A stretch of 64,000 nucleotides of DNA from an uncultured Solirubrobacterales bacterium. Lineage in GTDB: Bacteria > Actinomycetota > Thermoleophilia > Solirubrobacterales > 70-9. The notes beneath the pieces were generated by a model. It was not told the origin of the DNA, did not search any database, and saw only the letters and a program-made list of their open reading frames with translations. The position numbers and the translations under genes are program-made. Positions 1 to 9,387 of this stretch are shown in pieces (positions within the stretch are counted from its first letter, which is position 1; the number at the start of each line of letters is the position of its first letter). The stretch is from contig CAWFLN010000008.1 in the NCBI GenBank assembly GCA_963816755.1, positions 325,855 through 389,854 of the forward strand, read 5' to 3'.

Positions 1-502
1 TGGGGACCGCAAGCAGCGCGACATCTCGAAGGGCAAGCAGGATGGTCGCGGGGTGGAGATTCAGCGCCTGATCGGTCGCTCGCTGCGAGTCGTCGTCGAT
101 TTCAAGGCGATGGGCGAACGCAGCGTCTACGTCGACTGCGACGTGCTGGAAGCCGACGGCGGCACCCGCTGCGCGGCGATCACCGGGGGTTACGTGGCGC
201 TGCGCCAAGCCTTCCAGAGGCTCGTCGACAAGAAAGCGCTGGAGGCGATGCCGCTGAACGGCTCGGTGGCCGCGGTCAGCGTCGGCATGGTCGGCGGCCG
301 GGCGCTGTGCGACCTCGACTACTCCGAGGACTCCACCGCCGAGGTCGATGCCAACGTCGTCATGACCGGCGACGGCGGTCTGGTCGAGGTGCAGGCGACG
401 GCCGAGCGCACGCCGCTCTCGCGGGCCTCGCTCGACGAGCTGCTGGCGCTCGCGGAGGGCGGCATCGCCCGCCTGCGGGAGGTGCAGGAGCGGGTCGCGT
501 GA
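1..502 (+). CDS. rph: Ribonuclease PH, C-terminal part (5' end outside window)
   Basis: ORF 53..502 is open to the window start. It translates to ...VDCDVLEADGGTRCAAITGGYVALRQA...VSVGMV...DLDYSEDS..., typical of the RNase PH C-terminal half. Confidence 0.9.
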   Translation, partial: GDRKQRDISKGKQDGRGVEIQRLIGRSLRVVVDFKAMGERSVYVDCDVLEADGGTRCAAITGGYVALRQAFQRLVDKKALEAMPLNGSVAAVSVGMVGGRALCDLDYSEDSTAEVDANVVMTGDGGLVEVQATAERTPLSRASLDELLALAEGGIARLREVQERVA

Positions 503-1108
503 CGAAACATGTACTTACCCTCGCCACCCGCAACCGGCACAAGTTGAAGGAGGTGGCCGAACTGCTGCCGTCGGTCGATCTACTGTCCCTGCCGCCCGAG
601 GTGGAGCTGCCCGCCGAGGACGGCGACAGCTTCGAGGCCAATGCGCTGATCAAGGCGCGGGCGGCCCGCCGGGCCACCGGGGGGCGTCGTGATCGCCGAC
701 GACTCCGGCATCGCCGCCGAGGATCTCGGCGGCGCTCCCGGCATCTACTCGGCCCGTTACGCCGGCGTCGGCGCAAGCGACGAGGTCAACCTCGACAAGC
801 TGCTGCGCGAGGTCGGCGCGGCTGGCGGCGAGCGCCGCGCCGCCTACGTCTGCGCGATCGCCCTGATCGACGAGCACGGGTCCGAGCAGGTCTTCGAAGC
901 GCGCTGCGAGGGTCGCCTGCTCGACGAGCGCCGCGGCCAGGGCGGCTTCGGCTACGACCCCGCCTTCGTCCCCGACGACACCGGCCCGGACGACGAGCGC
1001 ACCTACGCCGAGCTGAGCGCGGCGGAGAAGAACGCGATCAGCCACCGGGGCCGGGCGATGCGGCTGCTCGCCGCCCACCTCGGCCTGGCGAGCGCCGGGG
1101 CGCCGTGA
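499..1108 (+). CDS. rdgB: dITP/XTP pyrophosphatase RdgB/HAM1 (one frameshift in this assembly)
   Basis: GTG 499 overlaps the rph stop (GTGA). The N-terminal part VTKHVLTLATRNRHKLKEV...FEANALIKA lies in the frame of ORF 307..2145. The C-terminal part IADDSGI...GGFGYDP...KNAISHRG is ORF 689..1108. The frames join at the G6 run 679-684, which has one extra G. Confidence 0.85.
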
Positions 1109-2017
1109 TCCGCACCAAAAGCCGCGCGGCGGCGCTCTCGATCGCCTCCAACGCGCTGCTGATCGGACTCAAGCTCGCCGCCGGGGCGATCACCGGCTCG
1201 ATCGCGATCATCACCGAGGCGGTCCACTCGCTGATCGACCTGGTCGCCTCGGTGGTCGCCTTCGTCTCGGTCCGCAAAGCCGACGAGCCCGCCGACGCCG
1301 AGCACCCCTACGGGCACGAGAAGGTCGAGAGCCTGGCGGCGACGATCGAGGGGATGCTGATCCTGGTCGGCGCCGCGATCATCGTCTACGAGGCGACGCA
1401 CCGGCTGGTGGTCGGCGTCGACCGTCGAAGCCCTCGGTGTCGGCATCGCCGTGATGGGGATCTCGACGATCGCCAACCTCGGCGTTTCGACGGTCCTCTC
1501 CCGTCAGGCGAAGGCACTCGAATCGCCGGCCCTGGAGGGGGACGCGGCGCACCTGCGGACCGATGCCTTCACCTCGGCGGGGGTGCTGGTCGGGTTGCTG
1601 CTGGTCAAGGTCACCGGCAACTCCGCCTTCGACTCGATCACCGCCCTGGCGGTCGCGGTGGCGATCGTCGTCGCCGGGATCAGGATCATCAGGCGCTCCT
1701 CCGGGGTGCTGATCGACGAAGCACTGCCGGACGCGGAGATGGAGCGGATCGAGCTGGCGATCGCGACCGCCCGCACGCCCGAGGTCGCCGGCTACCACAA
1801 GCTGCGCGGCCGCCGCGCCGGCAGCCGCCGCCACATCGACCTCCACGTGCAGTACCGCTCCGGCACCAGCCTCGAGCTGGCGCACGAGCTGGCGCACCGG
1901 ATGCGCGACTCGATCGAGGCCGAGGTTCCCAACTGCGAGGTGCTGATCCACGTCGAGCCGGAGACCTCCTACCGCGAGCCCGACGACAGCCGTTCCGGGC
2001 CTTTTCGCTCCGGTTAG
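1105..2017 (+). CDS. Cation diffusion facilitator (CDF) family metal efflux transporter (one frameshift)
   Basis: GTG 1105 overlaps the rdgB stop. SNALLIGLKLAAGAITGSIAIITEAVHSLIDL...EHPYGHEKVE lies in the frame of ORF 307..2145. It continues in ORF 1451..2017 (HLRTDAFTS..., C-terminal cytoplasmic domain ...HKLRGRRAGSRRHIDLHV). The frame change is near 1420-1450. Confidence 0.8.
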
Positions 2018-2163
2018 GGCGGGGGCAAGAGGTTCACGGCGGCGGCCAGGCCGACTGCGATCAGGGTGATCGTGTAACCGGTGTAGCCGCTGAGGGCGAA
2101 GAGGACCGCGGCGATCGCACAGATCGCGACGACGATGGTCCATGAGGCTCGGGCGAGGGACAC
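2014..2163 (-). CDS. Candidate small hydrophobic protein (49 aa), unannotated
   Basis: Not in the ORF track (<60 aa). The reverse strand from GTG 2163 to TAA 2014 reads MSLARASWTIVVAICAIAAVLFALSGYTGYTITLIAVGLAAAVNLLPPP, with two hydrophobic stretches. No homology recognised. It may be a chance ORF. Confidence 0.2.
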   Translation of the reverse strand: MSLARASWTIVVAICAIAAVLFALSGYTGYTITLIAVGLAAAVNLLPPP

Positions 2164-2182
2164 GGTCGGTATTTTCACTCAC

Positions 2183-2608
2183 ATGGCCGACGCTGCCGCA
2201 ACCGAGGTCGCTCCGGGCGACGCCGCGGCGGCGGCGCTGGCTTTCCTGGCCGAGATGTCACCCGACCTGCGCGGGGCGGCGATCTTCGACGGACGCGGCG
2301 CCGTACTGGCCGCCGCCGGCGAGCCCGACCGCTGGAGCGAGGGTGCGGCGGCGCTTTTCGAGATCGCCGGCCGGGCCGGCGGGGAGCCGGTGGAGCAGGT
2401 CCACATCGCCACCGAGCAGGGCGAGATCTTCGCCCTGCGCCACGCCGGCTTGGCGGCGGTCGCGGTGACCGAGCGCTTCGCCCTGGCCTCGCTGATGTTC
2501 TTCGACATGCGGGCGACCCTGCGCGACCTCGCCGATGGCGGCCGGCGTGTCGAAAACCCACCTATCACGGGGGAGATCGGCCCATCGACCCTGGAGGGCG
2601 GGAGCTGA
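2183..2608 (+). CDS. Roadblock/LC7 (MglB-like) domain protein, putative
   Basis: ORF 2135..2608, with ATG 2183 chosen as start. The pattern ...FLAEMSPDLRGAAIFDGRGAVLAAAG...AAALFEIA...VHIATEQGEIFALRHAGLAAVAVTE...LMFFDMRATL resembles the Roadblock/LC7 fold. The stop overlaps the next start (TGATG). Confidence 0.5.
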   Translation: MADAAATEVAPGDAAAAALAFLAEMSPDLRGAAIFDGRGAVLAAAGEPDRWSEGAAALFEIAGRAGGEPVEQVHIATEQGEIFALRHAGLAAVAVTERFALASLMFFDMRATLRDLADGGRRVENPPITGEIGPSTLEGGS

Positions 2609-2832
2609 TGTCTCCGAAGCCGCACCGTGTTCTGCTCGACAGGGTCTCGGGCTACGCCGACGAGGCCGCCGCCTACATGCGCCGCCGCCGCGTCTCCCGC
2701 CAGCCCTTCGCCCGCCTCTATTACTCCAACGGGCGCAGCTCCGACCACGCCGGCGACTCGACCGCGGGGGCGGAGCTGTTCGCCGTCGCCGGCCGCTTGA
2801 TCGAGGTCGCCGGAAAGCGGCCGAAGGCATGA
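2608..2832 (+). CDS. Hypothetical small protein (74 aa)
   Basis: ORF 2608..2832 is translationally coupled on both sides: TGATG at 2605-2610 and ATGA at 2829-2832. No family recognised. Confidence 0.4.
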   Translation: MSPKPHRVLLDRVSGYADEAAAYMRRRRVSRQPFARLYYSNGRSSDHAGDSTAGAELFAVAGRLIEVAGKRPKA

Positions 2833-4214
2833 CCGAGCTGATCGATCCCGCGGTCGCCGAGCGCGTTCTCACCCGGGCGCTGGCCAACGGCGGTCGCTTC
2901 GCCGAGGTCTTCGCCGAACGCCGCCACGGCCTCTCGATGTCGATCGACGAGTCGCGGATCGAGGCCGTCCAGTCGGGGGCAGAGGAGGGGGCCGGCGTGC
3001 GGGTCGTCGACGGCGCCACCACCTACTTCGCCCATGTCGACGGCCTCGACCCCGCCGACCTCGAGCGCGCTGCCGAGCAGGCCGCATCGGCGCTGCGGGG
3101 CGAGCGCCGCGAGCCGCACCCACTGCGGGCGGTGGCGAGCGTGCCGCTGCCGATCGAGCGCCGGCCCGAAGGGGTGGCGGCGGAGCGCAAGGCTGCCCTG
3201 CTGCGCGATCTGGACGAGCGGGCCCGCGGCCAGGGCGGTGAGATCGCCCAGTTCACCTCCTCCTATGCCGAGGCGCGGCGCGAGGTTGCGATCGCCAACT
3301 CCGATGGCCTGCTGAGCGGCGACGACCGCACCCGAGTGCGGATCGGCGCCCAGGCGGTCGCCCGCCGCGAGGGCACGGTCGAGACCGGCGCCGAGACCCT
3401 CGGCGCCCACCGCGGCTTCGAGCTGCTCGAAGGCGACCCCGGCCGGATCGCCGAGCAGGCGGCGCGCAAGGCACTGACCCTGCTCGACGCGGGCCCGGCT
3501 CCGTCGGGCTCGATGCCGGTGGTGGTCGGCGGTGGCTTCGGTGGCGTCCTCTTCCACGAGATGACCGGGCACGGCCTCGAGGCCGACCACATCCACAAGG
3601 GGGCCAGCGTCTACGCCGGCAAGCTCGGCGAGCAGGTTGCCCAGCCGCTGCTCAGCGCCTACGACGACGGTCGCCTGCCGGGCGAGTGGGGGTCGGACTC
3701 GATCGACGACGAGGGAGCGCCGACGCAGAAGACCAAGGTGATCGCGGAGGGCTGCCTCACCTCCTTCCTCTACGACCGCCTCACCGCCGAGCGCGATGGC
3801 GTCCCCTCGACCGGCAATGGCCGTCGCGAGAGTTTCCGCCACCTGCCGATCCCGCGCATGACCAACACCTACATCGCCCCCGGCGACGCCACTTCGGAGG
3901 AGATGATCGCCGAGGTCGAGAAGGGCTTCTACGCGGTTTCCTTCGCTGGCGGTCAGGTCGATCCGGCGACCGGCGACTTCGTCTTCGGCGTCTCCGAGGG
4001 CTACCTGATCGAGGGCGGCAGGGTGACCAGGCCCTGCCGCGGCGCGACTTTGATCGGCAACTGCCTGGAGGCGCTGAGCGCGATCGACGCGGTCGGCGAC
4101 GACTTCTTGATGAAGACCGGGATCTGCGGCAAGGGCGGCCAGAAAGTCCCCGTCGGCACCGGCCAGGGGCACGTCCGGGTGCAGGCGATGACCGTCGGGG
4201 GGACCGAGCTTTGA
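2829..4214 (+). CDS. tldD: Metalloprotease TldD
   Basis: ATG 2829 lies inside ORF 2535..4214. The sequence MTELIDPAVAERVLTRAL...FAEVFAERRH...GAGVRVV...HEMTGHGLEAD...TGNGRRESFRHLPIPRMTNTY...GKGGQ is typical of the TldD/PmbA family with the HExxxH-like motif. Confidence 0.9.
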   Translation: MTELIDPAVAERVLTRALANGGRFAEVFAERRHGLSMSIDESRIEAVQSGAEEGAGVRVVDGATTYFAHVDGLDPADLERAAEQAASALRGERREPHPLRAVASVPLPIERRPEGVAAERKAALLRDLDERARGQGGEIAQFTSSYAEARREVAIANSDGLLSGDDRTRVRIGAQAVARREGTVETGAETLGAHRGFELLEGDPGRIAEQAARKALTLLDAGPAPSGSMPVVVGGGFGGVLFHEMTGHGLEADHIHKGASVYAGKLGEQVAQPLLSAYDDGRLPGEWGSDSIDDEGAPTQKTKVIAEGCLTSFLYDRLTAERDGVPSTGNGRRESFRHLPIPRMTNTYIAPGDATSEEMIAEVEKGFYAVSFAGGQVDPATGDFVFGVSEGYLIEGGRVTRPCRGATLIGNCLEALSAIDAVGDDFLMKTGICGKGGQKVPVGTGQGHVRVQAMTVGGTEL

Positions 4215-5563
4215 GTGAGCTGAGCGCGACCGCGGGCCGAGCGGTCGAGGCGGCGCTGGAGGCCGGTGCCGCTGACGCGGAGGCCTACGCCTCACGCGAC
4301 CGCGGTCGCGAGGTGAGGGTCCACGGCGGCGAGGTGGAGAGCCTGACGGCAGCCACCCAGAGTGGTATCGGCGTCCGTGCCTGGATCGGTGGCCGGGTCG
4401 GCTACGCATTCGGAACCGACCTCTCCGAGCGGGGCTTGGCGGCGATCGCCACCCGCGCGGCCGAGGCGGCGCGGGTGGCCGACGAGGACGAGTTCGCCGC
4501 GCCGCCGCAGCCGGCGGAGATTGAGGCGCTGCCGGGCCTGAGCGACCCCTCGGTTGCCGCCTGGTCGCCGGCCCGGGCGGCCGAGCTGGCGCTGACCGTG
4601 GAGCGGACCGCGCTGGTAGCCGACGCCCGGATCGCCGGCGTCGAGCAGGCCGTCTACGCCGACTCGGCCGAGCGCGTGGCAATCGCCTCTTCGACCGGGG
4701 TGGCCGGGGAGTATGAGTCCTCCAGCTGCTTCGCCTACCTGCAGGCTCTGGCCGAGGGCGATTCGGGCCGGGAGACCGGTCTGGGCTTCGGCCTGGCACG
4801 CGGCCCCGACGGCCTCGACCCGGAGGCGATCGGAGCCGAGGGGGCCGCTCGGGCCACCGCGATGATCGGCGCCTCCAAGCCCGCCTCGCGCTCCTGCCCA
4901 GTCCTGCTCGACCCCACCGTCGCCGCCAGCTTCGCCGGCTTGATCGCCGGCGCCCTCAGCGCCGCGGCCGTGCAGCGCGGGCGCTCCCCGTTTGCCGGCC
5001 GCCTCGGCGAGGAGCTGGCAAGCGAGGCGCTGGCGCTGCACGACGACGGTCGCGATCCCGGTGGCCCGGCCTCGGCACCCTTCGACGGCGAGGGCGTGCC
5101 GCGCCGGCGCCTGCCGCTGATCGAGGGCGGCCAGCTGCGCTCTTACCTCTACAACACCTACACGGCCAACCGCGAGGGCGTTGGCTCGACCGGCAGCGCC
5201 GCCCGCCACGGCTACCGCTCGCAGCCGTCGGTCTCGGCGTCGAACCTGGTCCTCGCTCCGGGCTCGCTCTCCTTCGCGGAGCTCCTCGGGGAGGTGGGGG
5301 ACGGTGTCTTCGTCACCGATGTCGCCGGGCTGCACTCGGGCGTAAACCCGGTCACCGGCGTCTTCTCGGTCGGCGCTTCGGGCCGGGCGATCCGGGGTGG
5401 CGAGCTGGCCGAGCCGCTGCGGGAGTTCACGATCGCCGGCGATCTCGTCGCGATGCTGGGTGCGGTTCGGGCGGTCGGAGCGGAGGCTCGCTGGGTCCCG
5501 TTCGGGGGCTCCGTCAGGACCCCGCCGCTGCTCGTCGGCGCGATGTCTGTCAGCGGTTCGTGA
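4211..5563 (+). CDS. pmbA: TldE/PmbA family metalloprotease partner
   Basis: TTG 4211 overlaps the tldD stop, in the frame of ORF 3686..5563. The sequence ...DAEAYASRDRGREVRVHGGEVESL...GIGVRAWIGGRVGYAF...FDGEGVPRRRLPLIEGG...GNASR-like C-terminus ...VTGVFSVGASG is PmbA-like. Confidence 0.85.
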   Translation: MSELSATAGRAVEAALEAGAADAEAYASRDRGREVRVHGGEVESLTAATQSGIGVRAWIGGRVGYAFGTDLSERGLAAIATRAAEAARVADEDEFAAPPQPAEIEALPGLSDPSVAAWSPARAAELALTVERTALVADARIAGVEQAVYADSAERVAIASSTGVAGEYESSSCFAYLQALAEGDSGRETGLGFGLARGPDGLDPEAIGAEGAARATAMIGASKPASRSCPVLLDPTVAASFAGLIAGALSAAAVQRGRSPFAGRLGEELASEALALHDDGRDPGGPASAPFDGEGVPRRRLPLIEGGQLRSYLYNTYTANREGVGSTGSAARHGYRSQPSVSASNLVLAPGSLSFAELLGEVGDGVFVTDVAGLHSGVNPVTGVFSVGASGRAIRGGELAEPLREFTIAGDLVAMLGAVRAVGAEARWVPFGGSVRTPPLLVGAMSVSGS

Positions 5564-5626
5564 CGGTTACGCCGTGCCCGCTGTTAGATTGGCGCCCGTC
5601 TTCAACCCCCGAGGAGGATTTCCGAC

Positions 5627-5908
5627 GTGACCAAGGCTGAGTTTCTGGATCAATTGGCCGGCGACGACCGGCTTGGCAGCAAGAAAGCTGCCGGCGACGC
5701 CGTCGACGCTGTGCTCGACGCGATCACCGACACGCTGAGCGGCGGTGGCGAAGTCAGCTTCACCGGCTTCGGCAAATTCCACGTCGCCGAGCGTGGGCCC
5801 CGCCAGGGCGTCAACCCGCGCACTGGCGAGCGGATCACGATTCCGGGCGGCAAGGTACCGCGCTTCTCCGCCGGTTCGGCGCTGAAGACCAAGGTCAAGG
5901 GCGGCTGA
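5627..5908 (+). CDS. hup: Nucleoid-associated DNA-binding protein HU
   Basis: ORF 5627..5908 (GTG start, GAGGAGGA RBS upstream) reads MTKAEFLDQLA...GFGKFHVAERGPRQGVNPRTGERITIPGGKVPRFSAGSALK. Confidence 0.95.
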   Translation: MTKAEFLDQLAGDDRLGSKKAAGDAVDAVLDAITDTLSGGGEVSFTGFGKFHVAERGPRQGVNPRTGERITIPGGKVPRFSAGSALKTKVKGG

Positions 5909-5912
5909 TTTC

Positions 5913-6797
5913 CTGACCCAGTTCGCCGATCGGCTCGCGGCGCTTGTAGACGAGCGCCGCAGCCAGATCTGCCTAGGCCTCGACCCCGACCCGGCCAAGC
6001 TGGCCGGGGAGGGGGAGCCGGCCGCCTCGCAAGCCCCGGCCGCCGAGCTGGCCGCCGCCGCGGTGGTGACGCACTGCCGCACCCTGATCGATCGCGCCGG
6101 TCCCGCCTGCGTCGCGGTCAAGCCCCAAGTCGCCTGCTTCGAGCGCCTCGGCGCTCCCGGCTGGGTGGCTCTGGCCGAGGTCTGCCACGCCGCTCATGAA
6201 GCAGGCCTGCTGACGATCGCCGATGGCAAGCGCGGCGACGTGCCGGTCAGCGCCGCCGCCTACGCGCAAGCGCTGGTCGGCGAGACGCCGACCCCGTGGG
6301 GGATCGTGCCGGGACTCGGCGCCGACGCCTTCACCGCCAACCCACTGCTGGGGCTCGACGCGCTGGAGCCGCTGGTCGCGGCGGCGGCAAGCGCCGGTGC
6401 CGGTGTCTTCGTCCTCGTTCGCACCAGCAACCCGGGCGCCGCCGACGTCCAGGACCTGCCGGCCCCCTCCCAGCCCCTGCATGAGCGCCTTGCCGAGCTT
6501 GTCGACGGCCTCTCTGGGCGCCTGCTCGGAGAGAGCGGCCTGAGCGGCATGGGAGCGGTGGTCGGAGCCACCGAGCCCGAGCACATCGCCCGCCTGCGGG
6601 AGCTGATGCCGCGCTCGATCTTCCTCATCCCCGGCGTCGGCGCCCAGGGTGGCAGGCCGGAGATGCTCGGCCCCGCCTTCGCCGCCGGGCGGGGGTCCGC
6701 CTTGGTCGCGGTCTCGCGCGGGATCGCCGCCGACCCCGATCCGGCCGCGGCCGCGGAGCGGCTGCGAGCCGCCGTCTGGGACGTCTCCACCGCCTGA
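5913..6797 (+). CDS. pyrF: Orotidine-5'-phosphate decarboxylase, type 2
   Basis: ORF 6063..6797 reads ...VKPQVACFERLG...TIADGKRGDV...VLVRTSNPG...IPGVGAQGG. The conserved N-terminal segment LTQFADRLAALVDERRSQICLGLDPDP lies upstream in the same frame. That stretch has no ATG, GTG or TTG, so the start is uncertain (CTG 5913 taken). Confidence 0.8.
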   Translation: MTQFADRLAALVDERRSQICLGLDPDPAKLAGEGEPAASQAPAAELAAAAVVTHCRTLIDRAGPACVAVKPQVACFERLGAPGWVALAEVCHAAHEAGLLTIADGKRGDVPVSAAAYAQALVGETPTPWGIVPGLGADAFTANPLLGLDALEPLVAAAASAGAGVFVLVRTSNPGAADVQDLPAPSQPLHERLAELVDGLSGRLLGESGLSGMGAVVGATEPEHIARLRELMPRSIFLIPGVGAQGGRPEMLGPAFAAGRGSALVAVSRGIAADPDPAAAAERLRAAVWDVSTA

Positions 6798-6852
6798 AGA
6801 CGCCCGCGGCCGGTTATACGATCATCCGCTCTCGAACCGATTTCACCAGTCA

Positions 6853-7170
6853 ATGGAAAAACGTACCAGCGCCCTCGCCCGCCTCTTCGCAGCAATCGCC
6901 CTGGTCGGGGCGGTGATCGTCGTCGTGGTCGTCATCTCGAGCTCGGTCGGCGGCGACTCCGGCTCGTCGGGCAAGGGACACGGATCCGGCCACGCGACGA
7001 AGAAGCACGGTGCGCCTCAGACCAAGGCGGCCAGCTACACCGTCAAGACCGGGGACACGCTGACCTCGATCGCCCACGAAACGGGCGTCCCGGTCGCCAC
7101 GCTCCTCAAGCTGAACCCCGAAGTCGACCCGCAGATCCTGATCGCCGGAGAGAAGCTGAAGCTGCGATGA
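6853..7170 (+). CDS. Membrane-anchored LysM domain protein
   Basis: ATG 6853 lies inside ORF 6649..7170. There is an N-terminal TM helix (LFAAIALVGAVIVVVVVI). The C-terminal LysM reads YTVKTGDTLTSIAHETGVPVATLLKLNPEVDPQILIAGEKLKL. Confidence 0.8.
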   Translation: MEKRTSALARLFAAIALVGAVIVVVVVISSSVGGDSGSSGKGHGSGHATKKHGAPQTKAASYTVKTGDTLTSIAHETGVPVATLLKLNPEVDPQILIAGEKLKLR

Positions 7171-8369
7171 GACGATGCCGGCTCGGCGCCGCCCTGCTGG
7201 CGGCCCTGCTGGCGGCGACTCTCTGCTTCGCCGCCGCCGCCGCGGCGGCAAGGCTGCCCCGGGTCGAGGCCAAGGCCTGGATCCTGATCGACGCCCGCAG
7301 CGGCGCCGTGATCACCTCCCATGCTGCCGCCCGGCACCTGCCGATCGCCAGCACGACGAAGCTGATGACCGCCTACGTGGCGCTGCACGAGCTGCCGCTG
7401 GACCGGATCGTGAGGGCGGCCCCGTACCACCCGATCTACGGCGAGTCCCTGCTCGGCCTGCCCAGCGGGGAGCGGATCAGCGTGCGTGACCTTCTCTACG
7501 GGCTGATCCTGCGCAGCGGCAACGACGCTGCCCACGATCTCGCGATTGCCGCCGCCGGTTCGACGGCCCGCTTCGTCGGCCAGATGAACCGCCGCGCCGC
7601 CGCGCTTGGCCTCGCCGACACCCACTACGCGAACCCGGTCGGCCTCGACCAGCGCGGCAACTACTCCAGCGCCGCCGACCTGGCGACGCTGACCCAGCGG
7701 CTGCTGCGCATCCCCGCCTTCGCCAAGATCGCCGACTCGCGCAGCGCGATCCTGCGCAGCCTCCGGCCGCCGCGGCGAATCTCGACCATCAACGAGCTGC
7801 TGCTGGACGCGCCCTGGGTCACCGGCGTCAAGACCGGGCACACCTTCGACGCCGGCTACGTCCTGGTCGGCTCCGGACGGCGCCAGGGCGTGGGGTTGAT
7901 CTCGGTCGCGATCGGCGCGCCGACCGACGAAGACCGCTTCAGCGACAACCTCGAACTGCTCGAGTACGGCTTTCGCCAGTACCGGCGCCGGCGGCCGGTG
8001 CGCGCCGGTCAGGATCTCGCCGATCCGTCGATCCGCTACTCGGGCGGGGAGCTGCCGTTGCGGGCCGCCCACGGCGTCGCCATCGGCGTCCGCAGCGGCC
8101 AGCGGCTGAGCCTCGAGGTCAACGCTCCAAGCGAGGTCGAGGGGCCGATCGATCGCGGCGCCCCGCTGGGTCGGGCGACGGTATTCGTCGACGGCCGCCG
8201 CGCCGCCACGGTGCCGTTGCGCGCCGCTCGCTCGATTCCCAAGGCGAGCGGCCTCGATCGTGCTCGCGACTTCGTCGATAACCACCCGATCCCTATCGCG
8301 CTGGCGATCTTCGTGATACTGATGGGCGGGGCACTGCTTTACCGCCGCTCAGTGCCACGGAAACGATGA
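7167..8369 (+). CDS. D-alanyl-D-alanine carboxypeptidase (peptidase S11, PBP5/6-like)
   Basis: ORF 7167..8369 overlaps the LysM gene stop (ATGA). It has a signal peptide, SxxK (IASTTKLMT), SGN (LRSGNDAA) and KTG (GVKTGHT) motifs. Confidence 0.85.
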   Translation: MRRCRLGAALLAALLAATLCFAAAAAAARLPRVEAKAWILIDARSGAVITSHAAARHLPIASTTKLMTAYVALHELPLDRIVRAAPYHPIYGESLLGLPSGERISVRDLLYGLILRSGNDAAHDLAIAAAGSTARFVGQMNRRAAALGLADTHYANPVGLDQRGNYSSAADLATLTQRLLRIPAFAKIADSRSAILRSLRPPRRISTINELLLDAPWVTGVKTGHTFDAGYVLVGSGRRQGVGLISVAIGAPTDEDRFSDNLELLEYGFRQYRRRRPVRAGQDLADPSIRYSGGELPLRAAHGVAIGVRSGQRLSLEVNAPSEVEGPIDRGAPLGRATVFVDGRRAATVPLRAARSIPKASGLDRARDFVDNHPIPIALAIFVILMGGALLYRRSVPRKR

Positions 8370-8396
8370 ACGGGAGCCGAACCGGGTGAACGTCGA

Positions 8397-9353
8397 GTGA
8401 TCCTCACCGTGACGCTGAACGCGGCCATCGACCGCACCGTCGCCGTGCCGAACTTCCGCCTCGGGCGCCGCCACCGTGCGGTCGAGAGCCGCACCGTCGC
8501 CGGTGGAAAGGGGATCAACGTCGCCCGGGCGCTGAGCCTGCTCGGGCGCCCGGTGATCGCCGCCGGCTTCGTCGGCGGCCCGACCGGCGCTCGGGTGCTC
8601 GAACAGCTGCGCGAGGAGTCGGTGCTGACCGACTTCACCCGGATCGCGGCGGAGACGCGCATCAACCTCGCCGTGATCGACCCCACCTCCGGCGAGCAGA
8701 CCGAGATCAACGAGCGCGGGCCCGCGGTCAGCGCCGAGGAGACGAAGAGGCTCTTCGAGCGGATCGGCTACCTGGCCAGCGGCGCCAAGATCTGCGTTCT
8801 GGCGGGGTCGCTCCCCCCCGGGGCGGGCGACGACCTCTACGCCCGATTGATCGCCGACCTCGGCCGCCGCGGCGTCCCGGTCGTGCTCGACGCCGAGGGC
8901 GAGGCGATGCTGGCCGGAGTCCGGGCGGGCGCTTCGATGGTGACCCCGAACGAGCGGGAGGCTGAGGAGCTGGTCGGCCAGGAGTTCGCCGACGCCGGCG
9001 ACATCGCCCAGGGGCTCGAAGAGCTGGTCCGCCTCGGCGCCTCGGAGGCTGCGATCACGCGGCCCGAAGGATGTGTGGCGACGGTCGGGGAGGGTTCCGC
9101 CCGGCGCCTGCTGGAGATCCACACCGAGCCCCTGGAGCCGGTCTCCACGGTCGGCTCCGGGGACGCCTTCCTGGCCGGCTACGTCGCCGCCCGCTACGAG
9201 GCCCGCTCGCCTGAGGAATGCCTCGCCTACGGCGTCGCCTGCGGAGCCGAGTCGACCCAGCACTTCGGAGCCGGAACCGTCGATCGCAACCAGGTCGAGC
9301 GCCTGCTCGGCGAGGTCGCGGTCCATGATCTGGAGGTCCCCGCGGAAGTGTAG
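8397..9353 (+). CDS. pfkB: PfkB-family 1-phosphofructokinase / hexose kinase
   Basis: ORF 8397..9353 reads ILTVTLNAAIDRT...GGKGINVARAL...TPNEREAEEL...VSTVGSGDAFLAGY. Confidence 0.8.
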   Translation: MILTVTLNAAIDRTVAVPNFRLGRRHRAVESRTVAGGKGINVARALSLLGRPVIAAGFVGGPTGARVLEQLREESVLTDFTRIAAETRINLAVIDPTSGEQTEINERGPAVSAEETKRLFERIGYLASGAKICVLAGSLPPGAGDDLYARLIADLGRRGVPVVLDAEGEAMLAGVRAGASMVTPNEREAEELVGQEFADAGDIAQGLEELVRLGASEAAITRPEGCVATVGEGSARRLLEIHTEPLEPVSTVGSGDAFLAGYVAARYEARSPEECLAYGVACGAESTQHFGAGTVDRNQVERLLGEVAVHDLEVPAEV

Positions 9354-9387
9354 GCTGGCTGTTCAACGCCAGCCCTGGAGGACTCAC

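Noticed and set aside
2721-4799. Very long alternative-frame and antisense ORFs, for example 2721..4799(-), 307..2145(+), 18452..20644(-), 38626..40695(-), 55731..57959(+) and 31185..33713(-).
   Set aside because: Their translations are Arg/Pro/Gly/Ala-rich low-complexity strings. They overlap genes with clear conserved products in another frame. This is the usual stop-codon-poor artefact of very GC-rich DNA. Only the segments that coincide with real genes after frame changes were used.
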